Assembly (NCBI GenBank): GCA_973895155.1
Contig: OZ316898.1
Span: forward strand, 746,751 to 810,750
Direction: 5' to 3'
Length of the DNA: 64,000 nt
DNA from: Marsupella aquatica
Lineage: Eukaryota; Plantae; Marchantiophyta
Translations under genes and position numbers: made by a program
Shown: positions 11,600-26,142 of the stretch, one piece after another
Layout of the letters: each line of letters opens with the position of its first letter
How positions within the stretch are numbered: the first letter of the stretch is position 1
The notes under the pieces: model-generated
Database searches by the model: none
What the model was told of the DNA's origin: nothing
Seen by the model: the letters and a program-made list of their open reading frames with translations, nothing else

Positions 11600-13000
11600 T
11601 GTTCTATATTCCACCATAAAATGTTCACTTAATCTTTCTCAACGCCTAGTTCCCTACGTTCCAGTGATGCAACTTGTGGTGATTGTATTGCACAGTCAAT
11701 TGCCACTGGTAGGAGATTTGTTCCTTGATTGATGACAATTTTTGACCGGTTATTGGATCAATAGTGAACAACAATGATGTGGTCTAGTTTGACCAATACA
11801 ATTTTCAATTTAGATTAAGTGCTTGATATCGGGCTTGATATATCTTGTATTATTCAATGCCGATTACGTCTTAGAGTAGACTGCAATTGCTAGTCCATCT
11901 TGCTGCACCTGGATTCTTGTGCTCTAACTCCATAAAAAATCTTGTTGTTTTCCTATTGATGTTGATCATCAACAATATTTGCAATGATATATAGGTCTTC
12001 GGGTGGGGATGATGCAGTTATTATACACCCTATTGATGCAAGTTGTTTCTGCTAAGTTGCATCGCATTCCCAATCTCTGCCTCATTCCCTTCACATCATA
12101 GAATTTATTCCTTGCATATCCGCAAATCTGAAATGGCTCCCAAAGAAATATTACGATGACACTTGTTGAGTTGTTCCAGTATCTTATTATATTGAAACCC
12201 AGAGTAACTCCTTTCAGAATGAAGCGTCTGAGCCAACCACCATTGGCCCCTTGTAAAGTCAGGTCTGCTGCATGTCATCCACAAGGTAACACACAAGAAT
12301 TCTACCACTTCCACTCTCTGTTTACTCGTACATTGAGTTTTGAGGAACCCACTAGCTGTCAGATTCTTATTGAAATCCTTGAACTCTTTGTCCGACGTAC
12401 CGATGAAATTGGAAGTCAATCTTGATACTGCCTCCCTTCTTCAAGGAGAATGCCTCTGCCACCAAATGTGGGTGATTGTTCTTTCCGGATCCCAGCTCCC
12501 CACAAAAAATTGATCATCTCCCGCTCACCAATATCCTCTTCTAACCAGGGTAGTCTAGCAAAATTGGCCAGACCAGTCTCCTACATAAAATATGGATGCT
12601 TGTTCATCTGCAAAACTACAATTGCTTCTAAATTCTCCTTTGACCTTAACAGTTTCAATCAAACATTCTCTTGAACTGAGTTTCTCCATTTGTTCCAGTT
12701 GCAGTGCTAGAGGGTCAAAGTCCCAAGATTGTCTTCAAATTTGGGTCCATCATCATACACTTCCTAGCTACTTCCTCGATCAGGACCAGGTTTGGCTTGC
12801 TTTGGTGTCCTTTTGTGACCTCAAGAGCCTTGTCCATGTCCTCCTTCCATTGAATCTCATCCCTTCTTCTTTGGTGGCTCTACTCCCAATGCATTATCAG
12901 CTATTTGTTTCTTTGATTGAGCCTCAATGTCTGCTTTCCGTTTGGCAAGAGCCTTTTGAGTTGTAACTGTTCTCATTGGACGATCCAAATCTTCTCCGTC
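11600..13000 (-). pseudogene. Highly decayed ORF, possibly a retrotransposon accessory (antisense) ORF
   Basis: Stop-ridden but protein-like minus frames (ETGLANFARLPWLEEDIGEREMINFL; HPHLVAEAFSLKKGG), followed by a Glu/Gln-rich coiled-coil-like stretch. No catalytic motif seen. Confidence 0.25.
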
Positions 13001-13390
13001 TAATACCTTCTTGTTTCAAATATACACACTACAATATACGTAAAAACTTTAATGATTTTTCTCTTTGTATTTTTGAGTGCATTGATTTTCCATACAACCC
13101 CTCAATTCTGTGGAGGAGGGCGTTTTGTGAAGCACCATAAATGTAGGAAAGGTAAAACCCAGCTATAGTGTTACCATATAAACCACCAAAATAAAATGTT
13201 TCAATGAGTTTTGTGCCCCCAATGCATTGCCATTTCATTAGACTAAGTTTTATAGTTTTTTCTTCTAAACTAAGTTTCTCTAGATTTGTTTTTGGCAAGG
13301 AATACTGCAAATTCAAATGACGACCACTTTTTAAAAAGGCACAGCCCTTTATCATAGTTCTTGATAGCCCTGCCCATGCATTGCACAAAA

Positions 13391-13790
13391 GATGTTGAGG
13401 TGAGGAAAAGATGTTGAAGAGAGAAAGTTGTTGAGGTGACGAAAAAATGTCAAGGTGAAAAAATGATAATTATTAAGGTGAGGAAATTGTGTCAATGAGA
13501 GAAAAATATGTCAAGGAGAAAAATACGTGAAAATGAGAAAATGATGTTGAGTAAAAGATGTCAAGGAGAGTAAGAGAAAAGATATCAAGGTGAGAAATTG
13601 ATGTTGAAGAGAGAAAAGGTGTAAAGGAGAGGAAAGATGTTGAGGGAAGAAAACCATGTCAATGTGAGAAAATGACATTGAGGTGAGGAAAAGATGTCAA
13701 GGAGAGAAAAAATATCGAAATGAGAAAAAATGTTGAGGAGATAAAACGATGTCGAGATGAGAAAAATATGTAAGGCAAATAAAACTCTCA
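13391..13790. repeat. Degenerate purine-rich ~18-19-bp tandem array
   Basis: About 20 units of consensus GATGT(T/C)(G/A)AGG(T/A)GAG(G/A)AAAA. Confidence 0.8.
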
Positions 13791-15773
13791 AGTCAAGGCA
13801 AAGCATGTCTCAAGGCACTATTGTGAAAGTGATGTTGTGGAGGAGGGCAAGAGCATAGGAGGGAGAGCAATAGGGGCCAGTGGCCAGGGTGTCACGGGGT
13901 CAAGTGTGGTCGCCCTTTGCTAAATGGAGGGAGAGAATTCCCTTTTTGCTTCTTTTCTCCTCTCTTCTTCTGTGCCCTCCCTTTCTCTCCTTCCAGTCTC
14001 CCTACCTGACTCTTTGGCTCAGTCCCTCCCCCTTCCAACATGATTGAGAAACAGAAGAAGAAAAAACATGGAGTAAAAGATCAAATTAATGATCTCTCAG
14101 AAAAATGAGAATTACTCTTCTCTCTAGAGAAGACAAACAAAAATATCTTGGATGCTGGAGCTCACCAACTTAACCAAGGTAACTATATACAAGAAACTGT
14201 GGTAGAATAACATTAATGTGACAAGTATTTGATAAGAAACTTATTATTACTATTGTGCCAAATGCACATCCCCTTCCTCTGGCACATTCCCTAAAATGAC
14301 AGGTATATTGTAATATTTTTAGTGTCAGTGTACTGAAGAGCTCTTAGACAAAGTAATTTTCTTGAGGGTACTTGGTACAAAATTGTTGGCAAGGATAGGA
14401 ACTTTTCTTTGATTAATACTCCTTCCACGCGGTCACAAGAATTGGTTCTCGACTTAGTCCTAGTCGCAAGGTTCAGATCTTTCATACGAGCTTCAGCAGA
14501 AACAAACATCGACTTGCCAATAGTTGGTCTGCTACCGCTGGCTACATTCCTCTCGGTTGCCAAACTAGAGTCCCCTGTTTCTTGTAGGTTGGTAGTGGAC
14601 GATACCCGCATTCTTCTCCCAACAGAACGATGCATGTGCATGTACCGGCCTTTCAATGAGTAATCGCCTTCCATGTTGCATTCGTCAGAATTTCTCATTT
14701 TCACATGACGTACTCTTTTCATCGTCCGCGTTTATACATATATGACTTATCATGTTTTATTTGATTTTAGATTCGGACTGGTCAAGCACTACAGTAGCTA
14801 GGGAGAATTGGAGGAGACGGCAATCGGTTTCACTTATAATAAAATGATTGAACAGGCCATTTCAGTGGCCAACTCATCTTCGCCCAATAAGTCACTAACA
14901 GCGAAAGTATTCAATGGTCGTACCCCGCTTCACGTTCTTCTCAAGGACTCTCCTACATTTTTTCCAATTGCGGGAGTTGCAGTTCGATTAGGATGAAAAC
15001 TGTGATGTGTGCGGTTTGTACTGTATTCTCGGTCAAGAAACATAGCACGGACATTCATAGGTGAAGGTACAAGATGGAACACATGCAACACATGCACGTG
15101 ACAAACTTCCAGACAAGGACAAATCGAAACAGTGAACAATGCCTCATTCAACACAAATAATTGAAGTTGAAGACTCACTCGATAATGTACAGAAGCGCAA
15201 CCCTTACGCTTGCGGACCCTTCTATGGTTCTACCAGCACCTCCTGTGTTGGAGTTACTGTTAGAAACAAATTCCATCTATCACTGGGACAGACCGCACTT
15301 ATTGTACGGGACCAGTGTTATAGCCTGTAGCTGAGTAATAACTATGTAATTCTGACTTCCAATTATTTAAACATTGATCTGATCAGCACAACTCATGATA
15401 ATTAAGAATGATTCGAGGCTTCTGTCCAGACGACGATCCTAAGTTGGTATGGATCTGCGCAACCGAGAGAAACGAACATGTTGATTAGTGAGTGAAGAAC
15501 GAGACAAAACTTCCCAAAGGCCAGCAGAGCAGGTATGAAGGAATTAAATGAGCGGAAGGAAGCTCGAAGTTCTCACCTTTATAGTTCAGATTGTTCTGTA
15601 ATTGATAGATCGAGGGCATATGATTGTAGAAGTGATCAGAAGCGTTGCCCTAGAACTCCTCGCGACAGTGATCTCCTGAATCCCTTGAATCCTTGCTACC
15701 TTCTTCCACTATATATGTGACTGACCAGTTTTTCAGAGCTAAGAGTGGGTGCTCTGCGGTGCGAGTCAATGCC

Positions 15774-18700
15774 CTAAGATTTGTCCACACTTGAGAAAAT
15801 GGGAGGGTCCTCAATGAGTTTACACTCGCTAGCCTGCGAAATCAGGCTCCGAGAATCGAGATGTTTTCTTGGGGAGGCTTCCAAAAGAATCGGGACCACA
15901 TCGCGCATGGAAGGGCGGTTGGAAGGTAAGAAACTGGTGCACAGAAGACCTACTTTGAGCACAAGCATCATGCTCTCCTGCGCCGAGGCCCTTATCTGCG
16001 GGTCCAAAATTCCCACAGCTCCAGCTTTGGTCTCGATCTTCTTGGAGACCCACTTGACGATATCCTGATCTCCAAACTCAGGCTCGATCGGCTTCTTCCC
16101 AGTCACCAGCTCCAATAGAACGACCCCAAAGCTGTAGATGTCAGCCTTCTCCGACACTTTCAAAGTGTAGCCATATTCTGGGGCAATGTAGCCGTAAGAT
16201 CCAGCAACAGCGGACATGGATTTCTCCACGAAGGGCTTCGCTAGGCCGAAGTCACCCAGATGGGCCTCGAAGTCGAGATCCAATAGAATATTATTCGACT
16301 TCACATCTCGGTGAACAATGGGAGGCATGCAATCATGGTGCAAGTACGCCAGACCCTCAGCAGCTCCCATTGCGATTTTGTAGCGAGTGTCCCAGCCCAA
16401 TACGGAAGCGCATTTACTGTTGTGGATGTAGTCTCCGAGAGAACCATTCTGCATGTATTCGTAGACGAGGACGTTGGACTCATAATTCCAACAACAACAG
16501 AGAAGTTTCACAATATTCCGATGCCTGATTTTCCCAAGAGTGTCGACCTCCGCAACGAAACCGTTGTCGAATCGAGCCTCAAGTTTTTTCACGGCTACCG
16601 ACTGCCCATTGCTCAAGTCCACCTTGTAGACCTTTCCGGACCCACCACTGCCTATCAAACAATCCTCGTGCAACTTTTCCATCACCTCCTCCTGAAGAAA
16701 GTTTACCTTCTGGAACGACCTCAGGCTCCAAGTTAAGTCTTGATGATTTCGCCGATTCTTCCAGTAGTACAGTCTAACATAGTACCGTCTCCAGAGACAG
16801 CAAGCTCCCGCGAAGAGGATCACTGCGACAGCAGTGAACGAAGCTCCAATAGCCCACGCCAAGGAGGCGTTGTTAGATTTAGGATTGCTAGTGCTTGTCA
16901 CTGGAACACTACAAAGACTTCCGTCGTTGTTGCACAAATTTAAACCAGGGTTGCCTATAAAGCTAGAGGGGAGCAAACTGAGGTTGAACGGAGGAGGCAG
17001 CGGGCCTGTGAGGTTGTTGTACGAAAAATTATATTCCGTGAGCTGGAGTTTCCCAAGCTGAGGAGGGAGGGCTCCGGAAAGGTCATTATAAGAGAGATCG
17101 AGAGTATTGAGGGACGGCAAGTCACCGAGTTGCCAAGGAATCTCACCGCCGAAGTGGTTGTTGGACAGGTTCAGCTTATCCAATCTGAGGCACTCGGTAA
17201 TTTCGACGGGAATCGACCCATTAAACGAGTTCAGTCCTAGATCTAGAGTAGACAACCATTGCAGCCTCCCGAGCTCTGTGGGAAGGTTCCCTTCCAGACC
17301 GTTCGATGATGCCCAAAGCTCTGTCAGGTTAGGAATGTTCCCAATCACAGAAGGTATCAACCCGGAGAACTGATTCCCTTCGAGATGCAGCGCTTCCAGT
17401 GCCAATGCGCTGCCAATGCTCGACCCGATACTCCCACTGAGAAGATTGTTGGAAAGAGACAAGTACACCAACCCCGGAGAACCCCATAAGCCGTCAGGAA
17501 GGGGGCCGGTGAATCGGTTGTTTTCCAGACGCAACTTCTGAAGGGTGGTGCAACTTCCAAGGCCGATGGGGATCGGGCCAGACAAATGGTTCTGCAGAAC
17601 GAACATCCACAATGAAGTTAACATCACAAGCATGGCGAGGTACACGAACACGAGAAGAAGGCAAATGTTTCTCGTCCCTGCACACGTAGGCACTCCACGA
17701 CGGGAATACAGTCGGGGATGGAAGACAGATCTCCACAGGGTACTTGAAAGACGGGTAGCGGGAACCAATTAAGAAATGGAGAAACTTCAAAAGAGCCAAC
17801 TTGAAATCTACGGCATGGTAAGACTTGAAAAAAAGCCAGAAAGTGTGCAGTATTATGGCAAAACAGCAGGATGAGTGGAATACAACCCCTACTAGCCCGT
17901 GTGGAGAACAGCGCTTCAACAATTTCACGAATAGAATGCAAACAAGAAAAAGCCGGCAGTGAGACAGCGAGAACGTAGGACGATGTGTGAGGAAAATCCA
18001 AATCAGAGAGTTTGTAGTGTTTACCTCAAAGAGATTCAGAAAAGTGAGATTTCCTTTGTCGCAGAGACCGAGAGGTATCGGCCCATCTAGTTGATTCGTT
18101 GAGAGATCGAGATTTTCTAAAACCGTAAACTTTCCCAGGTTCTGAGGAACTTGACCCGTGAGACGATTGCTGAATAATTTGAAGCAAGAAAGGTTAGGAA
18201 GATCACCGAAAGCCTGAGGAATGCTCCCGGTGAGGCCGTTTGTGAATGCCTGAAAGAGAGACAAACTATGAATGAAGGAAAGCCCCTCAGGGATAGGTCC
18301 ATCCAGTTGATTGAGGGACACATCGAACAATACCAGGGAAGTGAGGTTCCCGGCAGAAGAGGGGATTTGCCCGGTCAGATTATTTTGCCAGAGTAGAAAG
18401 TCTTGAAGCTCTGGGAAGTACATGAGTTGGTCTGGTATGGTACCTGTGAGAGCGTTCCGACTCAAGTCTAGGGATTGTAAACGTTTCAGCTCACCCAGCT
18501 CAGGCGGAATCGATCCCTGGAGATCGTTTCCGGTGAGGTACAGTCTTGTGAGATTGGTATTCCGCAAAGAAGGTGGGATCTGACCGGTCAGTTGACACCA
18601 CGTCAGGGTTAGAGTTTCCAGATGAGTGAGATTTCCCAACTGTGGAGGAATGCTGTCACTGAAACTGTTAGCGTCCAGCACTAATTCCACGAGGCTGCTA

Positions 18701-19299
18701 AGATTTCCCAATTCTGGAGGCAGGGGCCCCTCGAGGAGGTTCGCTGAAAGGTTGAGACTTTGGAGGGCAGGCAGGTCACCGATACTGGGAGGGATTGCAC
18801 CGCTTAAATTATTGTACGAGAGATCCAATACTTTGAGGGCCTGAAGCTTCGAGAGGTTATCTGGCACTGTACTGACGATGTAATTGTAGCTCAAATCGAG
18901 GACCTCCAAGCGCACACATTCCATAAGTCTGGTTGGGATGGACCCATTGAGATAATTATATCCCAGAATGAGTGAGACTAGCATCGGCAACTGACACAGC
19001 ATACCAGGAACCGGCCCAGAGAGACTCTGGCTGTACAGATCGATCGCGGTGACTCGCTGGTTCGTTGGATCGCAGGTCACTCCAGTCCACTTACATGGGA
19101 ATAGGTCCGAGCTATTCCACGTCTGCAAAGTTCCCTGGACATCGTCCACGCTGCGCTTGAACTGCAAGAGAACCAGCCCATCTTGGGATAATCCATGTCC
19201 GGGACACAATTGGAGAAGAGAGAACAGGAGCAGAAATGTCAGCCTCCAAGAGATCAATGACGACGTTTCGACCTTGTTGGCTCCCACTGCTTGCGCCAT
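15774..19299 (-). CDS. LRR receptor-like kinase, subfamily XI, HAESA/HSL-like; exons 19299-18025 and 17591-15774 (~1030 aa)
   Basis: Signal peptide, CKWTGVTC cap, many plant LRRs (LxxNxLxGxIP), TM helix, WSLRSFQKVNF juxtamembrane, kinase motifs GSGGSGKVY/VAVKKL/HRDVKSNNILL/DFGLAK/GSYGYIAPEY. Phase-0 GT-AG intron 18024-17592 restores LFE|NHLSGPIP. Confidence 0.95.
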
Positions 19300-20715
19300 C
19301 GACCTCCCCGCCTGATGACAACCTTCACAAGCTTTCCTACCAAAAGTTAATCATTCAGGATTCTGGTACAGTAGCTCATCTCCTCAACATGTGCTCAGCT
19401 TGCTCTCCATTCCGGAACTCCGCCCAACCCCGGCCGCAAAACATCCACGCATTACGATTACGTGTCGCGTGGCGATCCTCCGCAGGAAGGAACAGGCAAG
19501 AACTGCAGCTGGGAAACAAGACCTCCCAAGACTGTAACAAACTTCTGGAATGTGGCACCTGCTCGGAGCCTTCTTTCTCCGCCTACAAAGGAGACAGATA
19601 CGGGATCTCGCTCTATGGAGTCCACACCCTATGACTTCTTTGGCGTATGAAATGAGCTTTGTTAGGGCAGGGGCTCGGATTCAACTCATCACTCGCTCGT
19701 CCACTACTGAGGCCAAAATGCGACGACAGGACAAAAACGCTCAGAGACTCCTTTGCGCTCTTGCATAGATCATCTATTCATCGCGTTTCAGCAAATGCTG
19801 AAGGACCTGCAAACATGCAATGAGGAAATTAGATCCTGGGACATTGGGGCATATCTCAGACTCAACCTCCTCCCATAACTGCTCCTCATATCACGAGCTC
19901 ATTTAATCAAGAAGCCGAGAAGGACGAATACCGGGGACGCACACAGCAAATCCAGAAGCCGTCAAGGAAATATACCTAAGAAGCACAAGGCGATGTAAAG
20001 CACTGAAAGACCGCACATCGAACCGCTTTCCGGCTCAACAAACAAAGCAATTCACCGAGCTTCTTGAAAGTCCTCAGCATCACCGACCGACTGCTCCGCG
20101 ATTCGATGCAACGACACAGTCGAATGTTGGAGAAGACAGTCGACAAGTGGTCCCACTGCCACCTCCGTACCGAGCTTGTGATGGGGTAGTTTATCCACAC
20201 GGCAGCAGCAGCAGCAGCTGGTAAGGCTTTTTAGTGGAAAAAGCAGAAAGGATCCAGTCCATCAGTCCATGGAACTGAAAGTCAGAGAGACCTCGACAAG
20301 AACCGCTCTCGGGATGAGCCTCCCACAATCCAATGCACCCAGCCAGGCTGTCATTAGTGCAGATATCAATCGTTCTGGTGAGCTGATGAGTGCCTGTCCG
20401 TCTAAAGTATCGCCAGAATATGATACTATACCAGAGCCTACAGTCCTTCATATACTGTACCGGAGACTCTGTAGCAATCATCACAGTACAGTGCCGAGGG
20501 GGAGGGTGAAGGATCGAAATTTAGATAAAAATATGATCTTCTCTCCATTTTACCGCGGTCCTTTTTTCGTCGCTGTTTCTTTTTGGTCTCGAACGAAAGT
20601 TTTATCCAAACAAAGACTGCTCGCTGTTTTGTATGTCCCGCCGATGGCGCCTGTAAGGTCGGGAGAAAGGAAAATAGGGAATCATCGGAAGGATCAGCGA
20701 GAGAGATTCAGCGGA

Positions 20716-21020
20716 GAGATCTTCTTGCCTGTAATTTAGAAGTAACGAAATGGGGAGAATCCCAGTCGCCACGCATACTGATCACGTATAGTAATGAGCC
20801 ACTACTCGTAATCATCAACTCATGAGCGCCATTCAATGATCAACCGAAGGCGAGAAACAAAAGATGCCGAGATCTTCATTCCTGTAATTAGCAAGTAACA
20901 AACGGGGAGAATCCTAGTCGGAATGCATCAAGGATCACGTACAGTAATCATCCACTACTCGTAATCATCATCGCATGACCGCCACTTAATGACCAACCGA
21001 GGCTAGAAACAAAAGATGCC
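20716..21020. repeat. Diverged ~153-bp tandem duplication upstream of the RLK
   Basis: Two units, each starting GAGATCTTC (20716, 20869) and ending AGAAACAAAAGATGCC. Confidence 0.85.
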
Positions 21021-21620
21021 GGGACATGATTGTCTCTGCGTCTACTCGGCCCCGCAATGGCACATTCCCGCTTTGGTCAAACCTCCGCCGATGCCCCTCT
21101 TCTCCGGCTCTCCCTCGGATCTCTCACCCATTTCACATCACGCATTTCACATCACACATTGTGCGTTTGTGACCCAAATGACGGGAGGGAGGGCGGAGCG
21201 ATGGTCCCGCCATCCTTCGCGCGCTGCAGTCTGGCATGCGCGGTCGGAAAGCTTGGGCCGGGAAGGGCGGACCTGCTATGGCGCTATGCAGTAGTAGTTA
21301 GTAGTGAGTACTGATCTAGTGTACAACAGTGGAGTGTTCCTCGCGAAGACGCGAAGGGAGAGAAGAGGCACGAGAAGAGTCGGGAATGTGGCGGCTGCAC
21401 GGCAAAAGACCAGACCAGAGCTGGCGCACCGGGACCGCTGAGCATGGAGTGCGTGGCACTCAGGCACTCAGGCACTCTTACTCTGTTACTCAGTTACTCT
21501 CTCTCACTACAGCACTGCTCTGCCAAATGTTCCATCCAGCTATGGCTATTAATAGGGGGTCATAAATATTGAATCATTTTTCTCTTACACATGGGGCTGA
21601 TGCCCCTAATTTGACCTTTG

Positions 21621-21832
21621 ACCAATGCACCTATTTTCCAAGTCCACTTATTTTGGATTCTGTAACAAACAGCCAGAACTTTGTGGGAGGTGGTGGGAGG
21701 TGGTGACCAACGAGAAACAAAAAAAAACCAATGCACCTATTTTCCAAGTCCACTTATTTTGGTTTCTGTAACGGCCAGAACTTTGTGGGAGGTGGTTGGA
21801 GGTGGTGACCAACGAGAAACCAAAAAAAAAAG
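21621..21832. repeat. ~106-bp tandem duplication
   Basis: ACCAATGCACCTATTTTCCAAGTCCACTTATTTTGG...GGTGACCAACGAGAAAC occurs twice (21621, 21727). Confidence 0.9.
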
Positions 21833-24800
21833 CTGCAGAAGTGTGTGGGCTAGGCTCTGGGACACCCTGCACATTTTTCAACCACGTCCTTCCAAACTTC
21901 CAAATTGGACTACTGTGTGAGTGCCCACAAATAATATTTGAGATCCGTTTGACAGACTAAGGGGTGCCTTCAAAAGAGTGGGGCATTGTCTTCCTTTTAT
22001 TCCATCTTAAATTAAATCTACTGTAAGTGGAAATGGCTGATAATTTGGCATTGGAGGACCCTTCTTAGAGCATCTCGAGCAGTTTAGGGGTGAGTAATTA
22101 CTGAACACTGAATTTGAATAGTAATTTGGAGGCCTGGAAATTAACCAAGACCATCTTGGATTTCAGCCAGGTCTTTCCTCGTTTTGACCTCTGCCTATCC
22201 TCTCCAACTTAAAGTGTGCTGAATGTCCAATGCAGCTTCTCTTTAAAAACTCAATATCCTTGGGTAATGGTGGGGGCTCTATATCTGACAATGAAGAAGA
22301 TGTCTCATATATATCTTTACCCTCTTCTTCATAAAATCTCATCACCTGGTCCTTTTGGAACACCTAGATTCAAAATCTCAAATATATCCATATTGTGACA
22401 TGTGATGGAATGTTGGCATAATGAGAATAGCCAAGATAAAGGTACTTTCTCCCAACTAAGACTGCTACCAAATATGGTAGCAAGGGTTGTGAAGGGAGGA
22501 TAGTTACCACTCATTTATAGATAGGAATCACCTCTCCAAAATCAACCCCTATATGCTCCTGTTAGCACTTATAGGTTGATTTGACCCATGATTGCCCTGC
22601 CATTAATCACACATCAAAATGTGGTGATATGCACTCATTGATTTAATGAAAATAACTAGATTATCATGGTATGGAGTGATACCTACACCATATATATCAT
22701 ATTTTGATGTCTATGTGTCATATTTTGATGTGCAATTAGTTCCCGGGACTCCCATGATTCGAGATCCTCTAATGAGTAAAACTGGGCTGCTACTCCTACC
22801 AACTATGGCAGCCAGGGTTGTGAAAGAAGGGATTGACACTTATTATAGAAAGGGCCATCCCTCCAAAATTAGCCCCTATATGCTCCTTTTGGTAGTTACA
22901 TGTTCACTTGACTCCACCCTTGGAGAGTGGAAAAAGCTGTTGTTTGCTTGACAACAGTTGAGTCCATCCAGTGACACAAGTCTACATATTTTTGCATCTT
23001 TGGCTCCTGCATTTGAGGGACTGTCATTTATTGAAGTTCATTTCAAAGGAGTCTATCTTTAGAACAAGAAATGATCTTATGATCCTCTTTTGCAGTTTCC
23101 TATGGGGAAAACAAGCTGAGGTGTCATCTTGTAAAGCCAGCCTAAATCAGAGCTATAATTATTGAATGTATAGAGTCTAGAACCATAATATAGGTTGAAA
23201 AGTTCATATGGGATGCACATTTCTAAGTTCAGATGGGCTGCGCTCTATAGGAATGGTAGACACTATACCTGAATGGTCCTTGATTTCTTGAACGCCAACT
23301 GCAGTGGCTCCACTTATTAGACCCTCCAGATCAATCCTAGTATGATGAAAAGGAGACGATGGCCCACACTTCTTGTAAAGCTTTGTATGGGATCTGTAAA
23401 GAAGTATAGAGTAAGTAAGATGACATGAATCTAGATTGAAAAATACCTGATTTCCATGAGAGTATTTTGAGATCCTCTCCAAATCCTAAGGTTTAGGGCT
23501 GGGTTGTGTCAAATCTAGGATGGAGAATGTTGCATTAAAGTTGATGCTCAGATGGATAGCAATGCTTTGGCCTCAAGATTCTCATAGACATTTTGTGACA
23601 TCAGCTAAACGGGGAGTACTTATAAAAGAAAATTCTGAATAATTTTTTTGTTTCAAAACTTTTCATATAGGTTCCATCCAGACATCTTGTCATAGATTAT
23701 GGTTTATAGGAGTTTCTCACCTTAGGCTTGCATTTCTGTAAAACATTTGCAGTTGAGCTTATTTCGTTGCCATCCTCTCCTCCCATGCCTCATATTGTGG
23801 AAGACTTGCTGTGACTCTTGGGCTCTTTCATTCTTTGGTTTTGGCAGTGTTTTTCTTTGTTTTCTCTCCTATATTGGTCTCCTGCTCTTGCTTTTGTGTC
23901 TCCTCCAGATTGGATGTTTTTAGGCGGTGTGATATACTGGCGAGCTTAAGTAATTTCTCTTAAGCACCCTTAACATGAAGACGAAAGCAAATGGCAAAAG
24001 CTACAACACCCAACTCATGGAGTCAACGGAATCATGATTCATTGTTCGCCTAGTGTAGCCCTTTGTAGAGGCCAATTGAGTCACATGGAGAATAAATGGG
24101 GACTGAAAAAGGGCTCTGGTTTTTCCTTTTAGGCACGGGGAATTAATACAGACGACAAGAGGCCGGAGGTCCAAAAGATGTACAGTACTAAGCTTTTGTA
24201 TGATCGACTTGATTACTCCAGTTTTTAGTTAAACGACCCCTGCCACTAGTAAAGAGGGCCTCCCCCTAGTCAGCTACCGCTGTTGGTATAGATGAACCTA
24301 GGCTCTCCCAATCACTTCCATCATAGGACCCCAAAATGGTTGGTGATTTCTTATTAAAACACAACTGGCCTTATATAAGGGGAAAGTGTCCAAGATTTGC
24401 CTCCCTTTCCACATTTCACTCAATTTTTCCTACCACCCTACCAGTTTGTTCCACAATTTCCGGGAAAAATCAATTTTAATGGTAGCTACTGGTATCCCGT
24501 AGGTTTTAAGTGCTATCATTTGTGCAATGCACATGTCATGGAGGTGAGTTTTGAACAGTAGATAACCTATGAGGCTATGCTAAGAAACCATTAGAAATAT
24601 GATATGTTCTTGTGTACATGAGAATTGTGCTTCAGAGGAAAACCTCAAGCAGTTCAACTGTTTGAGAGAAAGACCCTCACTTATGTTTTTAGTCTTCTCA
24701 AGATAATAGTACACCATTTTTGAAGCCAGAAAACTAACTAAGGGTGACTGACAATCTTGCTATAGACGTCCAAAATGGCTCCTGTCACATTGACTCCTTT

Positions 24801-26142
24801 TTCATATCATCATTGATCATTCATCCATAGAGTTGCTATTTTTGGCTCACTTTGCTGGAAATCTGAAAGTTCTCCCCTGTCAAAGTTATACAACTTGAAT
24901 GGCAGAACATCTTAAGCAGCTTTTCACTTTGTTGAAAACAATGGTGAAAGTGAAAAAGATGATGGAGAGAAAACAAGGATCCCATGGAACCAAGCAATGT
25001 GGAGATCTAGTGCCTTATGTTTTCCTTGTTTTTTTCCTAACTTTATGGTTTTGATTGATTTGCGAGTCATTACCTACTGTCACTGAGGATCTGTGCTTTG
25101 GGTGCAAATGTTTTTGGTACCTTTTGTATTATAGATTTGTACTTTTCCTGGTCATTACAAATCAGTTACTAGTTACACCATTTTCAATATTCCTTGAAGT
25201 ATTTTTCCGTCCTTGAAGTCACTCTTTATATATTCAGTCTCACTAAACAATAAATGTCACCCACACTAATTATGGGTTGCCAGTGAATCTTCAGACAACT
25301 GGCCCTATATGCTCTCATCCCCTTTTAAAAATAAATCCAATATATTGAAACAAGGGTGACAATGTTCTTGGTGGTAATCTTAAATTTAGCTCACTTTAAT
25401 GTGATGCAAACCAGCAATCACATGTGTTTGTGTGTAAGTACCTAGTACATTTTATTTTTATTCTATTTTTTTGGCATGTCAGTCTTTCCGAGCTAGAATG
25501 TTTACGCGGGTAAGTTTTGGCAGCGGACATGGGTGAGATTGGGGAAAAGTGAGGGCAGGGGACAGGTTTGGGACAACCTGTTCCCTGGGATTCCCTGCAA
25601 TGTTGGGAGGCTCACAGGCATTGAGACCCAAGTTTTCCCAAGCAAAATGTTGGGCACCCAATGTTCACACATTCCTGGTTTGAGGGGACATGGAGCGGTG
25701 CACTGTGAGTATAGTGAGAGTGGGATGTTGCAGCACATCATTACAGTGGATATTGAGGACTCAGTCGAGGGCTTAGATTGCAGAACTTGAAGCTGTATTG
25801 TGGGGAGATTGAGAAGCCATCGATGAAGCACGAGACTCTGTGCAGGGAGAGGAACGAATTGCTCATCAAAGGTGCATCGTAAGGAGAGAAGAACTGGACT
25901 GCTGGCAGACTGAGGAGTTGCTAGTTGAAGCTACATTGTTGCATAAACCGGGTCATAAGTGTTTTGTGTTGTGCTGCATGAGGTAGGTGATGTTCTGCTG
26001 GCCCACTGGACATTGCGTTTCATTGAAGGTTGTCTCTGACCCGATTCGGGACAAAGGTGTTGCTTGTTGCTGGTTCAATTTTGGAGCACTTGACATACAC
26101 TTACATTTGGCAATGGCAAAAGCAACAGGCCACGAACATAAG

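Larger units (their letters stand above)
1..11600. mobile_element. Large decayed two-gene DNA transposon (Sola-like DDE transposase plus divergent ParB-like accessory gene); left end outside window, right end approximate
   Basis: Transposase pseudogene on + (7041-~10750) and a divergent multi-exon pseudogene on - (5067 to <1). Both arms share an element-specific 17-bp palindrome. Short CCCAAATGTACAA subterminal-like repeats occur at 11461-11556. No TIR/TSD could be fixed because one end is missing. Confidence 0.7.

Noticed and set aside
14291-14722. 143-aa minus-strand ORF
   Set aside because: No recognisable motif or splice support; may be chance.
17592-17768. N-terminal extension of ORF 15774-17768 and C-terminal tail of ORF 17494-19299
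   Set aside because: Both are intron read-through; splicing restores a continuous LRR.
20716-21020. Duplicated unit with TGATGA on the minus strand as a C/D snoRNA pair
   Set aside because: No convincing box D (CTGA) or recognisable rRNA antisense element in both copies.
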